DNA from: Reclinomonas americana ATCC 50394
Lineage: Eukaryota
DNA length: 54,112 nt
NCBI GenBank assembly: GCA_048213135.1
Contig: PS015076.1
Span: 1 to 54,112, forward strand
Direction of reading: 5' to 3'
The notes beneath the pieces are model-generated. The model saw nothing but the letters and a program-made list of their open reading frames with translations. It was not told the DNA's origin and searched no databases. A program made the translations under genes and the position numbers. How positions within the stretch are numbered: position 1 is the first letter of the stretch; every line of letters starts with the position of its first letter. Shown here piece by piece: positions 25,149-37,571 of the stretch.

Positions 25149-26378
25149 GTGCCGCTCACTTTGCGCGCGCAGGCCGAGACGGCGGGAGCGAGCGGTGCGA
25201 GTGATCTCGAAGCACAGTGCCGTCGATTGCGTCAGGAGAACGATGCTCTCAAGCAGGACGTGGCTGCGCGTGACGCCATCGTGACGCGTGCCAACGAAGA
25301 GGCGGATCGTTTGCGCTCGCAGATGACTGCCAGCCAGGCCTCTACTGCGGGATTGTTGGCGCAGGCGCACTTGGAGGTGAGAGCGAATGCTACTCTCTCA
25401 GCCCACCGTCCGTGTGTGTGAGGGGAGAGAGAGAGAGCTGATTTGGCGCCCGTTCCAGATTGACCGACTGCAAGCGGTGGCCTCACGTGCTGCCGAGCCG
25501 TCCAAGGCGCTGTTGGACGCACAGGAGGAGGCAGCACGGCTGCGCTCCCAGTTTGCCGAGTACAAGGCCGCCGCAGCACAACAGCAGCGATCAATCGAGC
25601 AAGAATACGAGATGCAACTGCAAGACTTGCGGCACAAGGTCGACGACGCCGAGCGCGAGCGGCAGGTGGTGCAGCACGACAACGAACAACTGAAGGCCAA
25701 GTTGCACGCCGCGCTCGAGGCGGGCGCTGACGATACACAGTCACTGGAGAGGTACTGTCGTGTGTGTGTGTGAGTGTGTGTGTGCACAAAACACACACAG
25801 TCTGTGATGGTGACTCAAAATGTGCGGATGAACTTAGAATACGACAACTGGAGCGCGAGCTTGATGCGCGAGATGCCGCCGCTGGCGCACAGATGGCCAA
25901 GGTCAAGGAGTTCTACGGGACGGTGGCCTCGTTGGTGACCAACTTTTTCCAGTCGCTGGTTCATAAGTTTGCCGTCCTCGAGAAGCGACTCGTTGGTGTC
26001 GATGAAGGCTTCCTGACGAAGGGTGCGCCCACTCGCTGTCCCCTCTTCTTAATCACGTTGCATGTCGGCTGACCCTCACTCGCAGTGCTGCACGAGTGGA
26101 AGCGCTGCCAGAAGGGCTTGTTGGAGCAGAACCGTCAGGTGCGCACGCAGCTCGATTCGGTGCGGGCGGCACTGTCGCGCGAACACGAAGAGTCGTCGCG
26201 GCGTGAGTCGGAACTGCGAGCGCAGGGGCGTCGTGAGGCCGACACGCTGCACCAGCGTGTGTCAGAGTTGGAGCGGGAGCTGCGCGAGGCGGCGTCGACG
26301 CGCGCCATTGTGGCCAAGGAGACGGAGGAGATGCAGCGGAAGTTGGAGGCGGCGAGGAGTGAGCTGGAAGTTGTGTGA
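25149..26378 (+). CDS. Long coiled-coil protein, 4 visible exons; 5' part in gap, possibly continuous with the two previous features
   Basis: Heptad-rich E/Q/R/A/L exons (LEAQCRRLRQENDALKQDV, IRQLERELDARD, LHQRVSELERELRE) separated by GT-AG introns. Confidence 0.7.
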
Positions 26379-26808
26379 GGAGGGGAAGAGAGGGGGATGA
26401 AGGGGAGAAGGACGTGGACTCTTGTCTGTTGTGACTGCTGCGCTGTGCCTGTCTCTCTCCTCTCTGTTTCATGAATCCTATCCGACCTTCTTGCAGCTGA
26501 AGCTTGGTTGATGTTTGAAAGAGAAGGGATAATGTCGTCGGATTGTGTGCCTCTACGGTGTCCGTTTTTCCGCCTTTCTTCCTTCAGTGACAGTTGGATC
26601 CTGTCCGCTTTTAACATCACGGCGGGAGAGGGGATGTGTCCTGCTGCGCCGTGTACATCTTTCTTCACCGCTTTAGCATGGTGCAGTTGCTGTGTCTTTC
26701 CCGGGTCTCCTCGTTCTGCATGAAACAGTTCATCAATTGTTGTACTCTGTCGGTGTAGAGTCGTTGCTAAGCATTATTTCCCGTTCTACTTCCCGCGCAC
26801 AGTCATGG

Positions 26809-27407
26809 ATGCCCGGTGGTCGTCTCTTTATCGAGCGCATGGAGGAAATGGAGCATGCGTGTCGGCTGAAGATGGCGCGCATGATGGATATCAGTTGCGT
26901 GGAGACAGTTGCTCTGCTCGTTGTTCTTCTTGGTAGCTGACTGCTGTCACGTGCAGCACAAATCGTCGGCAGCAACTTCAACCTGGAGGACCCGCCAGCT
27001 CCCGTGTTTTACACGATTCGTGCCGTCGGTGACGTCAACCTGTACAAGAGCGAGCGATCCGACGATTGCCGCAACCCGCAGTGGGCGCCGCTGAGTACGG
27101 CGAAGCTGCCGAAGAAACTCGGACACGCGGCGGTGGTGGAGATCGCGGTGCACAAGGGAAAGAACATGTTCTTTGACAAGATTTTGAACCTGTCGCAGCT
27201 GCGGCACCTGGACACCGAGAGAGTTGCGTCCGTCTCCTCGCGTGTGCGGANNNNNNNNNNNNNNNNNNNNTTTGTGACACACAGGTGCTGAACTTGCTTT
27301 TGATGCAGGATCGATCGGTCATCAACAAGTCGAACATGTTGATCTTCGTCATGGGAACGCAGATGTACTACTGCGATCTGACGGAGCTGCCGTCGCGGAG
27401 GTCGTAG
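26809..27407 (+). CDS. Small protein resembling the UVRAG/Vps38 N-terminal C2 domain; exons 26809-26893, 26957-27222, 27309-27407
   Basis: MMDITQIVGSNF...VFYTI...LYKSERSDDCRNPQWAPL...LNLSQLRHL...NMLIFVMGTQMYY parallels UVRAG LRNIAARNI...FYRSEVIKNSLNPTW...LDGLKYL...NEIIFGLNDGYY (recalled). Confidence 0.65.
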
Positions 27408-27710
27408 ACGGGTGCGCGTGAGAGTGGCGTGAGTGACAGGGAGGAGGAAATGAGGAGAGAAAGAGGCGTGGAAGGTTGAGTGTAACAACAGGCATCAACA
27501 GACGGAGAGGGCGGAAGGGAGGGAGCACAGGGAAGTTCAGAGACAGAGATTGAGAGCCAGAGTGGCAAGGGCGAAGGAGTACAAATGATTGGGGTGAGAG
27601 AAGGATGGAGTACTATTTGTTGATGCCAGATTGAGAGAGGCAGGTGAGAACTGGCAAATGCCGACGCCTTCAGCTTACTTCTCGGATCCAAGCCTATATG
27701 TGCTGTCTGT

Positions 27711-28087
27711 CCGAGAGTGACACTGCGCTGAAGGAGACTGCATTGCTCAGTTCATCAGCGGCAGTTGGCAGCCGTGCAACCTCTCGCAGACGGCGTGTAA
27801 CCCCCCATTTTCGTGTGCCTCGCGGATCTGGGGTCGATGATGCGTCGCCTGCAGCACTGGCGAGACAGACGGCCGGGCCACCGAGCAACAGGCGGATCAC
27901 ACCATTGTTGTGCGACGGACCACGATTGGTGCGTTTGTGTGATGTGTGATGATCATCGTGTTGTGATAGGCCTCTATCTCTCGCTGCACAGGCAGGTCAC
28001 CACCGTTGAAGAAGTGGCGGCAAAAGTGGCCAGAGGCGTTGGCGCAGGACGGCGGTCGTGCAGCGCTGGCGCGGAATGTGAGACTGA
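27711..28087 (+). pseudogene. Deleted relic (copy 0) of the array gene
   Basis: 5'-truncated, with small deletions, and a junction at 28063/28064 (GTGCAG|CGCTGGCGCGG) removing about 616 bp equivalent to 28936-29551 of copy 1. Confidence 0.85.
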
Positions 28088-28403
28088 CAGAACTCACTCG
28101 GTTTGTCGGCACTCCATCACGACTTGAGGAGGTACGAGTGAAGTTTTGTGTGTCTCTTGAGTGTTTGGAGAAGACTGCATATCTCTGGCTGCTTATGGTT
28201 GGAAACTACATTTCTATCGATATTCATTATGTGTTGCACTGCACACGGCAGCAGTGGTCTTGCATGCTCACTCACTTTTGATTGCCATGCAGGTCCAGCG
28301 GTGGCGGTGGTGGTGCGCTCTTGAAACGAAGTACAAGATCGCATTTGCTCTCCGAAATTTTGACTGTAGGCGGGCGTGGTTCTCCCGGTTTCCTTGCCTC
28401 ACG

Positions 28404-29585
28404 ATGAACGCAGCATCTGCTTCGGCGTCGCGCATTCACCAGTCGCACACCCAACGACACCGACGACGACGACGACGACGCAGCGGCACTGCGGAGGATG
28501 ATTCTCACTCATCAACGACCGCGACACCCACTTCTCACCCCGAGAGTGCCACTGCGCCGAAGGAGTCTGCATTGCTCAGTCCATCTGCGGCAGCTGGCAG
28601 CCGTGCGACCTCTCGCAGACGGCGTGCAACGCCCCACTTTCGTGTGCCTCATGGATCTGGGGTCGATGATGACGAAGTGATGCGTCGCCTGCAACACTGG
28701 CTCGAGACAGACGGCCGGGCAACCGAGCAACAGGCGGATCACACGTTTGTTGTGCGGCGGACCACGATTGGTGCGTTTGTGTGCTGGGTGAAGATCATCG
28801 TGGTGTGACAGCCACTTTTGGTTTACACAAATGGCCTCTCTCTCTCCCTCTCTCGTTGCACAGGCAAGCCACCGCCGTTGAAGAAGTGGCGACAAAAGTG
28901 GCCGGAGGCTGTCGCGCAGAATGGCGGCCGTGCAGTGGATCCACGCGAGTTGTTGCGAGGCAGCCGGTGTGCGGAGATGGATGGGCAGATTTTGGTCGCG
29001 CTTGCCAAGGAGCACATCACCGGCGTGATCAAGCCAGAACAGTTTTCAGCCGCCCTCTGTCACCTGCAACAGTCGCTGGCCAAGTGCGTGGTCGACGGCA
29101 CTGCGGTGTCTGTGGAGACTGTGCCTCTTCTGCGTGTGCTGCCGAGGAAGAGACGCGACCCGTATCGAGAACGAGCGTGTCTGCGAGTGTGGGTGGGGCC
29201 AGCGGCGGATCGAGTCGCTGTGTGTGAGACGATTGTGGCGGCCACTCCGCCTGAGGGTGTGTTGTGGATGGTGCTATGCTGTCCACCGGAGGATGCGGTG
29301 TTCTATGGCTTGCCGAGCTACGAGCCGCGCAAGTTGAGAATTGAATGGGCCGCACCAGAATGGGCCATTACCGAGTACAACGTCGACAACTTCGACTTTG
29401 ACAACTTCCTGGCAGACCCCTCTATCGGCGCGACATACGATCCAGCCTTCTTCGGTTGCGAACCATTGACCGACGCCCAGCTGATAGCTCTTGGTGTGAA
29501 ATGTCCTCTGTTGCGCAAGTTCCTCCGCACGGACTCTGGCGTCGCCGACGGCGCTGGCGCGGAATGTGGGCACTCGCATGACTGA
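28404..29585 (+). CDS. Array gene copy 1: poly-Arg/Ser-rich N-terminus, unknown core, SAM-like C-terminus; exons 28404-28770 and 28864-29585
   Basis: In-phase GTGCGT...CAG intron (TI G|GC K); tail FDNFLADPSIGATYDPAFFGCEPLTDAQLIALGVKCPLLRKFLR. Confidence 0.75.
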
Positions 29586-29942
29586 CCGATCTCTCTCGGA
29601 TTGTCGGCACCCTCGCACGACTTGAGGAGGTGTGTTCAGACGAGTGCAGTCGTGTGTCGTTGTTTGTGTCTCTTGAGTGTTTGGAGAAGATTGCACGTGG
29701 TACTTGGTGCACGGTTTGTGCTTGGTGGTGTTTGGCTCGCGGCATTGAGGGACTGCATTCCTTTCGATATTCTTGCACTGCACACAGCCACAGTGATCCT
29801 ACATGCTCACTCGCATTTGATTGCCATGCAGGTCCAGTGGTGGCGGTGGTGGTGCGCTCTTGAAACGAAGTACAAGACCACAATTGCTCTCCGAAATTTT
29901 GACTGTAGGCAAGCGTGGTTCTCCCGGTTTCCTTGCCTCACG

Positions 29943-30365
29943 ATGAACGCAGCATCTGCTTCGGCGTCACGCACGAACCAGTCGCACACCCAACGACACC
30001 GACGACGACGACGACGGAGCGGCACTGCGAAGGATGATTCTCACTCATCAACGACCGCGACACCCACTTCTCACCCCGAGAGTGCCACTGCGCCGAAGGA
30101 GTCTGCATTGCTCAGTTCATCAGCGGCAGGTGGTAGCCGTGCAACTTCTCGCAGACGGCGTGCAACGCACCACTTTCGTGTGCCTCGCGGATCTGGGGTC
30201 GATGATGACGAAGTGATGTGTCGCCTGCAACACTGGCTCGAGACAGACGGCCGGGCCACCGAGCAACAGGCGGATCGCACTTTTGTTGTGCGGCGGACCA
30301 CGATTGGTGCGTTTGTGTGTTGTGTGCAGATCATCGTGGTGAGGCAGTCACTTTTTTGTTTACAC

Positions 30366-30408
<43 letters not shown>

Positions 30409-31150
30409 CACAGGCAAGCCACCGCCGTTGAAGAAGTGGCGACAAAAGTGGTCGGAGGCGGTCGCGCAGAATGGCGGCCGTGCAGTGGATCCCCGTGAGT
30501 TGTTGCGAGGCAGCCGGTGTGCGGAGATGGATGGGCAGATGTTGATCGCTGCCGATCTTGCCGAGTACGAAGAGCGAGGTGCCGGTGGCGCGATTGATTC
30601 GCAACTGTTTTCAGCCGCCCTCTGTCACCTGCAACAGTCGCTGGCCAAGTGCGTGGTCGACGGCACTGCTGTCTCTGTGGAAACTGTGCCACCTCCGCGT
30701 GTGCTGCCGAGGAAGAGAGGCGACCCATATCGAGAACGAGTGTGTCTTCGAGTGTGGGTGGGGCCAGCGGCGGATCGAGTCGCTGTGTGTGAGACGATTC
30801 TGGCGGCTCGGCAACCGGATGGTGTGACGTGGATCGTGCTATGCTGTCCACCGGAGGATGCGGTATTCTATGGCTTGCCGAGCTACAAGCCGCGCAAGTT
30901 CGCCTTCGAATGGGCCACGCCAGAATGGGTCATTACCGAGTACAACGTCGACAACTTGGACTTGGACAACCTGCTGGCAGACCCCTCTGTCGGCGCGACG
31001 TGCAATCCAGCCGATTTCGGCTGCAAACCTATGACAGACGCCCAGCTGATTGCTGCAGGTGTGAAATGCGCTAAGCTGCGCAAGTTCCTCTGCGTGAACT
31101 TTCCCGTCGCCGACGGTGCTGGCGCGGAATGTGGGCGCTCGCGTGACTGA
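29943..31150 (+). CDS. Array gene copy 2; exons 29943-30306 and 30414-31150
   Basis: Same structure with an open frame. Confidence 0.75.
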
Positions 31151-31515
31151 CCGATCTCTCTCGGTTTGTCGGCACTCCATCACGACTTGAGGAGGTGTGT
31201 TCAGACGAGTGGAGTCTATGTCGTTGTTTGTGTCTCTTGAGTGTTTGGAGAAGATTGTACGTCTCTTGCTGCTTGTTGCACGGTTTGTACTTGGTTGTGT
31301 TTGGCTCGAGGCATTGAGGGACTGCATTTCTATCGATAACATGTGTTGCACTGCACACGGCAGCAGTGATCTTACGTGCTCACTCATCTTTGATTGTCAT
31401 GCAGGTCCAGCGTTGGCGGTGGTGGTGCGCTCTTGAAACGAAGTACAAGATCGCATTTGCTCTCCGAAATTTTGACTGTAGGCGGGCGTGGTTCTCCCGG
31501 TTTCCTTGCCTCACG

Positions 31516-32668
31516 ATGAACGCAGCATCTGCTTCGGCGTCATGCACGAACCAGTCGCGCGTCCAGCGACGACGACGACGACGACGACGAAGCGGCACTG
31601 CGGAGGATGATTCTCATTCATCAACAACTACGACACTCACCTCTCCCCCCGAGAATGCCACTGCGCCGAAGGAGTCTGCATTGCTCAGTCCATCTGCGGC
31701 AGCTGGCAGCCGTGCGACCTCTCGCAGACGGCGTGCAACGCCCCACTTTCGTGTGCCTCATGGATCTGGGGTCGATGATGACGAAGTGATGCGTCGCCTG
31801 CAACACTGGCTCGAGACAGACGGCCGGGCCACCGAGCAACAGGCGGATCGCACTTTTGTTGTGCGGCGGACCACGATTGGTGCGTTTGTGTGATGTGTGA
31901 AGATCATCGTGGTGTGACAGTCACTTTTTGTTTACACAAGTGGCCTCTCTTTCTCTCTCGCTGCACAGGCAAGCCACCGCCGTTGAAGAAGTGGCGACAA
32001 AAGTGGCCGGAGGCTGTCGCGCAGAATGGCGGCCGTGCAGTGGATCCACGCGAGTTGTTGCGAGGCAGCCGATGTGCGGAGATGGATGGGCAGATTTTGG
32101 TCGCACTTGCCAAGGAGCACGTCACCGGCGTGATCAAGCCAGAACAGTTTTCAGCCGGCCTCTGTCACCTGCAACAGTCGCTGGCCAAGTGCGTGGTCGA
32201 CGGCACTGCGGTGTCTGTGGACACTGTGCCTCTTCCGCGCGTGCTGCCGAAGAAGAAGGGCGACCCGCATCGTGAACGAGTGTGTCTGCGAGTGTGGGTG
32301 GGATCAGCAGTGGATCGAATCTCTATGTGCAAGACGATTGTGGCGGCCACTCCGCCTGAGGGTGTGTTTTGGATGGTGCTGTGCTGCCCACCGGAGGATG
32401 CGGTGTTTTTTGCTTGCCCAGCTACGAGCCGTGCAAGTTCTCCTATCATTGGGCCGCACCAGAATGGGTTATCGACGCGTATGACTTCGACAACATTGAC
32501 TTGGATATCTTGCTGGCAGACCCCTCTGTCGGCGCGACATACGATCCTGCCTTATTCGGCTGCGAACCATTGACCGACGCCCAGCTGATAGCTGCAGGTG
32601 TGAAATGTCCTCTGTTGCGCAAGTTCCTCTGCACGGACTCCGTCGTCGCCGACGGCGTTGGCGACTGA
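31516..32668 (+). pseudogene. Array gene copy 3, frameshifted near 32405-32413 (real or homopolymer error), with a shortened 3' end
   Basis: GTGTTTTTTGCTTGCCC versus TTC TAT GGC TTG / TTT TTT GGC CTG in other copies; the homologous protein continues in ORF 32369-32668. Confidence 0.6.
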
Positions 32669-33023
32669 CCGATCTCTCTCGGTTTGTCGGCAATCCATCA
32701 CGACTTGAGGAGGTGTGTTTTGACGAGTGAGTTCTGTGTCATTGTTTGTGTCTCGTGAGTGTTTGGAGAAGATTGCACGTGGTACTTGGTGCACGGTTTG
32801 TGCTTGGTGGTGTTTTGTTCGAGGCATTGAGGAACTGCATTTCTATTGATATTCTTTGCATGTTGCACTGCACACAGCAACAGTGATCATACAGCTCACT
32901 CATCTTTGACTGCCATGCAGGTCCAGCTGGTGGTGCGCTCGTGAAACGAAGTACAAGATCACATTTGCTCTCCGAAATTTTGACTGTAGGCAAGCGTGGT
33001 TCTCCCGGTTTCCTTGCCTCACG

Positions 33024-34964
33024 ATGAACGCAGCATCTGCTTCGGCGTCACGCACGAACCAGTCGCACACCCAGCGACACCGACGACGACGACGACGCAG
33101 CGGCACTGCGGAGGATGATTCTCACTCATCAACGACCGCGACACCCACCTCTCTCCCCGAGAGTGCCACTGTGTCGAAGGAGTCTGCATTGCTCAGTTCA
33201 TCAGCGGCAGCTGGCAGCCGTGCGACCTCTCGCAGACGGCGTGCAACGCCCCACTTTCGTGTGCCTCGCGGATCTGGGGTTGATGATGACGAAGTGATGT
33301 GTCGCCTGCAACACTGGCTCGAGACAGACGGCCGGGCCACCGAGCAACAGGCGGATCACACGTTTGTTGTGCGGCGGACCACGATTGGTGCGTTTGTGTG
33401 ATGTGTGAAGATCATCGTGGTGTGGCAGTCACTTTTTTGTTTACACAAGTGGTCTCCCTCTCTCTCTCTCTCTCTCTCTTCTCTCGTCNNNNNNNNNNNN
33501 NNNNNNNNNNNNNNNNNNNNNNNNNNNNNNNNNNNNNNNNNNNNNNNNNNNNNNNNNNNNNNNNNNNNNNNNNNNNNNNNNNNNNNNNNNNNNNNNNNNN
33601 NNNNNNNNNNNNNNNNNNNNNNNNNNNNNNNNNNNNNNNNNNNNNNNNNNNNNNNNNNNNNNNNNNNNNNNNNNNNNNNNNNNNNNNNNNNNNNNNNNNN
33701 NNNNNNNNNNNNNNNNNNNNNNNNNNNNNNNNNNNNNNNNNNNNNNNNNNNNNNNNNNNNNNNNNNNNNNNNNNNNNNNNNNNNNNNNNNNNNNNNNNNN
33801 NNNNNNNNNNNNNNNNNNNNNNNNNNNNNNNNNNNNNNNNNNNNNNNNNNNNNNNNNNNNNNNNNNNNNNNNNNNNNNNNNNNNNNNNNNNNNNNNNNNN
33901 NNNNNNNNNNNNNNNNNNNNNNNNNNNNNNNNNNNNNNNNNNNNNNNNNNNNNNNNNNNNNNNNNNNNNNNNNNNNNNNNNNNNNNNNNNNNNNNNNNNN
34001 NNNNNNNNNNNNNNNNNNNNNNNNNNNNNNNNNNNNNNNNNNNNNNNNNNNNNNNNNNNNNNNNNNNNNNNNNNNNNNNNNNNNNNNNNNNNNNNNNNNN
34101 NNNNNNNNNNNNNNNNNNNNNNNNNNNNNNNNNNNNNNNNNNNNNNNNNNNNNNNNNNNNNNNNNNNNNNNNNNNNNNNNNNNNNNNNNNNNNNNNNNNN
34201 NNNNNNNNNNNNNNNNNNNNNNNNNNNNNNNNNNNNNNNNNNNNNNNNNNNNNNNNNNNNNNNNNNNNNNNNNNNNNNNNNNNNNNNNNNNNNNNNNNNN
34301 NNNNNNNNNNNNNNNNNNNNNNNNNNNNNNNNNNNNNGGCAGCCGGTGTGCAGAGATGGATGCGCAGATTTTGGTCGCGCTTGCCCATGAGCGAATCACC
34401 GGCGTGATCGAGCCGCAACAGTTTTCAGCCGGTCTCTGTCACCTGCAACAGTCGCTGGCCAAGTGCGTTGTCGACGGCACTGCGGTGTCTGTGGAGACTG
34501 TGCCTCTTCTGCGTGTGCTGCCGAGGAAGAGACGCGACCCGCATCGAGAACGAGTGTGTCTGCGAGTGTGGGTGGGGCCAGCGGCGAATCGAGTCGCTGT
34601 GTGTGAGACGATTGTGGCGGCCACTCCGCCTGAGGGTGTGTTGTGGATGGTGCTGTGCTGTCCGCCGGAGGATGCGGTGTTCTATGGCTTGCCGAGCTAC
34701 AAGCCGCGCAAGTTGAGAATTGAATGGGCCGCACCGGAATGGGCCATTACCGAGTACAACGTCGACAACTTCGACTTTGACAACTTCCTGGCAGATCCCT
34801 CTATCGGCGCGACATACGATCCAGCCTTGTTCGGCTCCAAACGTTTTCCAGACGCCCAGCCGATATCTGCAGACGTGAAGAGCGCTCATCTGCACGAGCT
34901 CATCTGCACGGACTCTGGCGTCGCCGACGGCGTTGGCGCGGAATGTGGGCGCTTGCATGACTGA
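33024..34964 (+). CDS. Array gene copy 4 (spans gap 33489-34337); divergent SAM-like tail
   Basis: Exon 1 lies before the gap and GSRCAEMD...GRLHD* after it; the two halves may come from different copies. Confidence 0.65.
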
Positions 34965-35327
34965 TCGATCTCTCTCGGTTTGTCGGCACCCTCGCACGAC
35001 TTGAGGAGGTGTGTTTTGACGAGTGGAGTTTTGTGTCGTTGTTTGTGTCTCTTGAGTGTTTGGAGAAGATTGTACGTCTCTTGCTGCTTGTTGCACGGTT
35101 TGTACTTGGTTGTGTTTGGCTCGAGGCATTGAGGGACTGCATTTCTATCGATAACATGTGTTGCACTGCACACGGCAGCAGTGATCTTACGTGCTCACTC
35201 ATCTTTGATTGTCATGCAGGTCCAGCGTTGGCGGTGGTGGTGCGCTCTTGAAACGAAGTACAAGATCACATTTGCTCTCCGAAATTTTGACTGTAGGCGG
35301 GCGTGGTGCTCCCGGCTTCCTTGCCTC

Positions 35328-37212
35328 ATGATGAGCACAGCGTCTGCTTCCGTGTCGCGCACTCACCAGTCGCACGCCCAACGACACCGACGACGACGAC
35401 GACGACGACGGAGCGGCACTGCGAAGGATGATTCTCACTCAGCAACAACCACGACACCCACTTCTCACCCCGAGAATGCCACTGCGCCGAAGGAGTCTGC
35501 ATTGCTCAGTCCATCTGCGGCAGCTGGCAGCCGTGCGATCTCTCGCAGACGGCGTGCGAAACCCCATTTTCGTGTGCCTCGCGGATCTGGGGTCGATGAT
35601 GACGAAGTACTGCGTCGCCTGCAACACTGGCTCGAGACTGACGGCCGGGCCACTGAGCAACAGGCGGATCACACCTTTGTTGTGCGGCGGACCACGATTG
35701 GTGCGTTTGTGTGATGTGTGAAGATCATCGTGCTGTGGCAGTCACTTTTGGTTTACACAAGTGGCTCTCTCTCTCTCTCNNNNNNNNNNNNNNNNNNNNN
35801 NNNNNNNNNNNNNNNNNNNNNNNNNNNNNNNNNNNNNNNNNNNNNNNNNNNNNNNNNNNNNNNNNNNNNNNNNNNNNNNNNNNNNNNNNNNNNNNNNNNN
35901 NNNNNNNNNNNNNNNNNNNNNNNNNNNNNNNNNNNNNNNNNNNNNNNNNNNNNNNNNNNNNNNNNNNNNNNNNNNNNNNNNNNNNNNNNNNNNNNNNNNN
36001 NNNNNNNNNNNNNNNNNNNNNNNNNNNNNNNNNNNNNNNNNNNNNNNNNNNNNNNNNNNNNNNNNNNNNNNNNNNNNNNNNNNNNNNNNNNNNNNNNNNN
36101 NNNNNNNNNNNNNNNNNNNNNNNNNNNNNNNNNNNNNNNNNNNNNNNNNNNNNNNNNNNNNNNNNNNNNNNNNNNNNNNNNNNNNNNNNNNNNNNNNNNN
36201 NNNNNNNNNNNNNNNNNNNNNNNNNNNNNNNNNNNNNNNNNNNNNNNNNNNNNNNNNNNNNNNNNNNNNNNNNNNNNNNNNNNNNNNNNNNNNNNNNNNN
36301 NNNNNNNNNNNNNNNNNNNNNNNNNNNNNNNNNNNNNNNNNNNNNNNNNNNNNNNNNNNNNNNNNNNNNNNNNNNNNNNNNNNNNNNNNNNNNNNNNNNN
36401 NNNNNNNNNNNNNNNNNNNNNNNNNNNNNNNNNNNNNNNNNNNNNNNNNNNTCTCTCTCTCTCTCTCTCTCTGCACAGGCAAGCCACCGCCGTTGAAGAA
36501 GTGGCGACAAAAGTGGCCACAAGCGGTCGCGCAGAATGGCGGCCGTGCAGTGGATCCACGCGAGTTGTTGCGAGGCAGCCGGTGTGTGGAGATGGATGGG
36601 CAGATGCTGATCGCCCCCGATCTTGCCGAGTTCGAAGTGCGAGGTGCCGGTGGCGCGATCGATTCGCAACTGTTTTCAGCCGCCCTCTGTCGCCTGCACC
36701 AGTCGCTGGCCAAGTGCGTGCTCGGCGGCACTGCGGTGTCTGTGGAGACGGTGCCACCTCCGCGCATTCCGATCGACAAGGGCGACCCGTATCGAACACG
36801 ATCTTGTTTGCGAGTGTGGGTGGGATCAGATACGGATCGAGTCGCTGTGTGCGAGACGATTTTGGCTGCCATGCAGCCTGATGGTGTGACGTGGATGTTG
36901 CTGTGCTGTCCACCGGAGGATGCGGTGTTTTTTGGCCTGCCCAACTACAGGCCACGCAGGTTGAGCCTGGAATGGGCCACACCAGATTCGGTCATCGACA
37001 GCTATAAATTCGACAACTTCGACTTTGACAAGGTGCTGGCAGACCCCTCTGTCGGCTCGACGTACGATCCAGCCTTCTTCGGCTGCGAACCATTGACCGA
37101 CGCCCAGCTGATAGCTCTTGGTGTGAAATGTCCTCTGTTGCGCAAGTTCCTCCGCTCGGACTCTGGCGTCGCCGACGGCGCTGGCGCGGAATGTGGGCGC
37201 TCGCGTGACTGA
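35328..37212 (+). CDS. Array gene copy 5 (gap within the intron)
   Basis: Both exons open; most divergent core (RIPIDKGDPYRTRSCLRVWVG). Confidence 0.7.
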
Positions 37213-37571
37213 CCGATCTCTCTCGGATTGTCGGCACTCCATCACGACTTGAGGAGGTGTGTTCAGACGAGTGGAGTCTATGTCGTTGTTTGTGTCTCTT
37301 GAGTGTTTGACGATGACTGCACGTCTCTCGCTGCTTGTTGCGCGGTTTGTGCTTGGTTGTATTTGGTTGGAGACTACATTCCTTTCGATATTCTTTGCAT
37401 GTCGCACTGCACACAGCCACAGTGATCTTACATGCTCACTCATCTTTGACTGCCATGCAGGTCCAGCGTTGGCGGTGGTGTTGCGCTCTTGAAACGAAGT
37501 ACAAGATCACATTTGCTCTCCGAAATTTTGACTGTAGGCGGGCGTGGTGCTCCCAGTTTCCTTGCCTCACG

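Noticed and set aside
28287-28403. Upstream in-frame ATG (MQVQRWRWWC...) as start of the array gene
   Set aside because: The equivalent region before copy 4 is frameshifted with a stop, whereas the MNAAS/MSAAS ATG is kept in all six copies.
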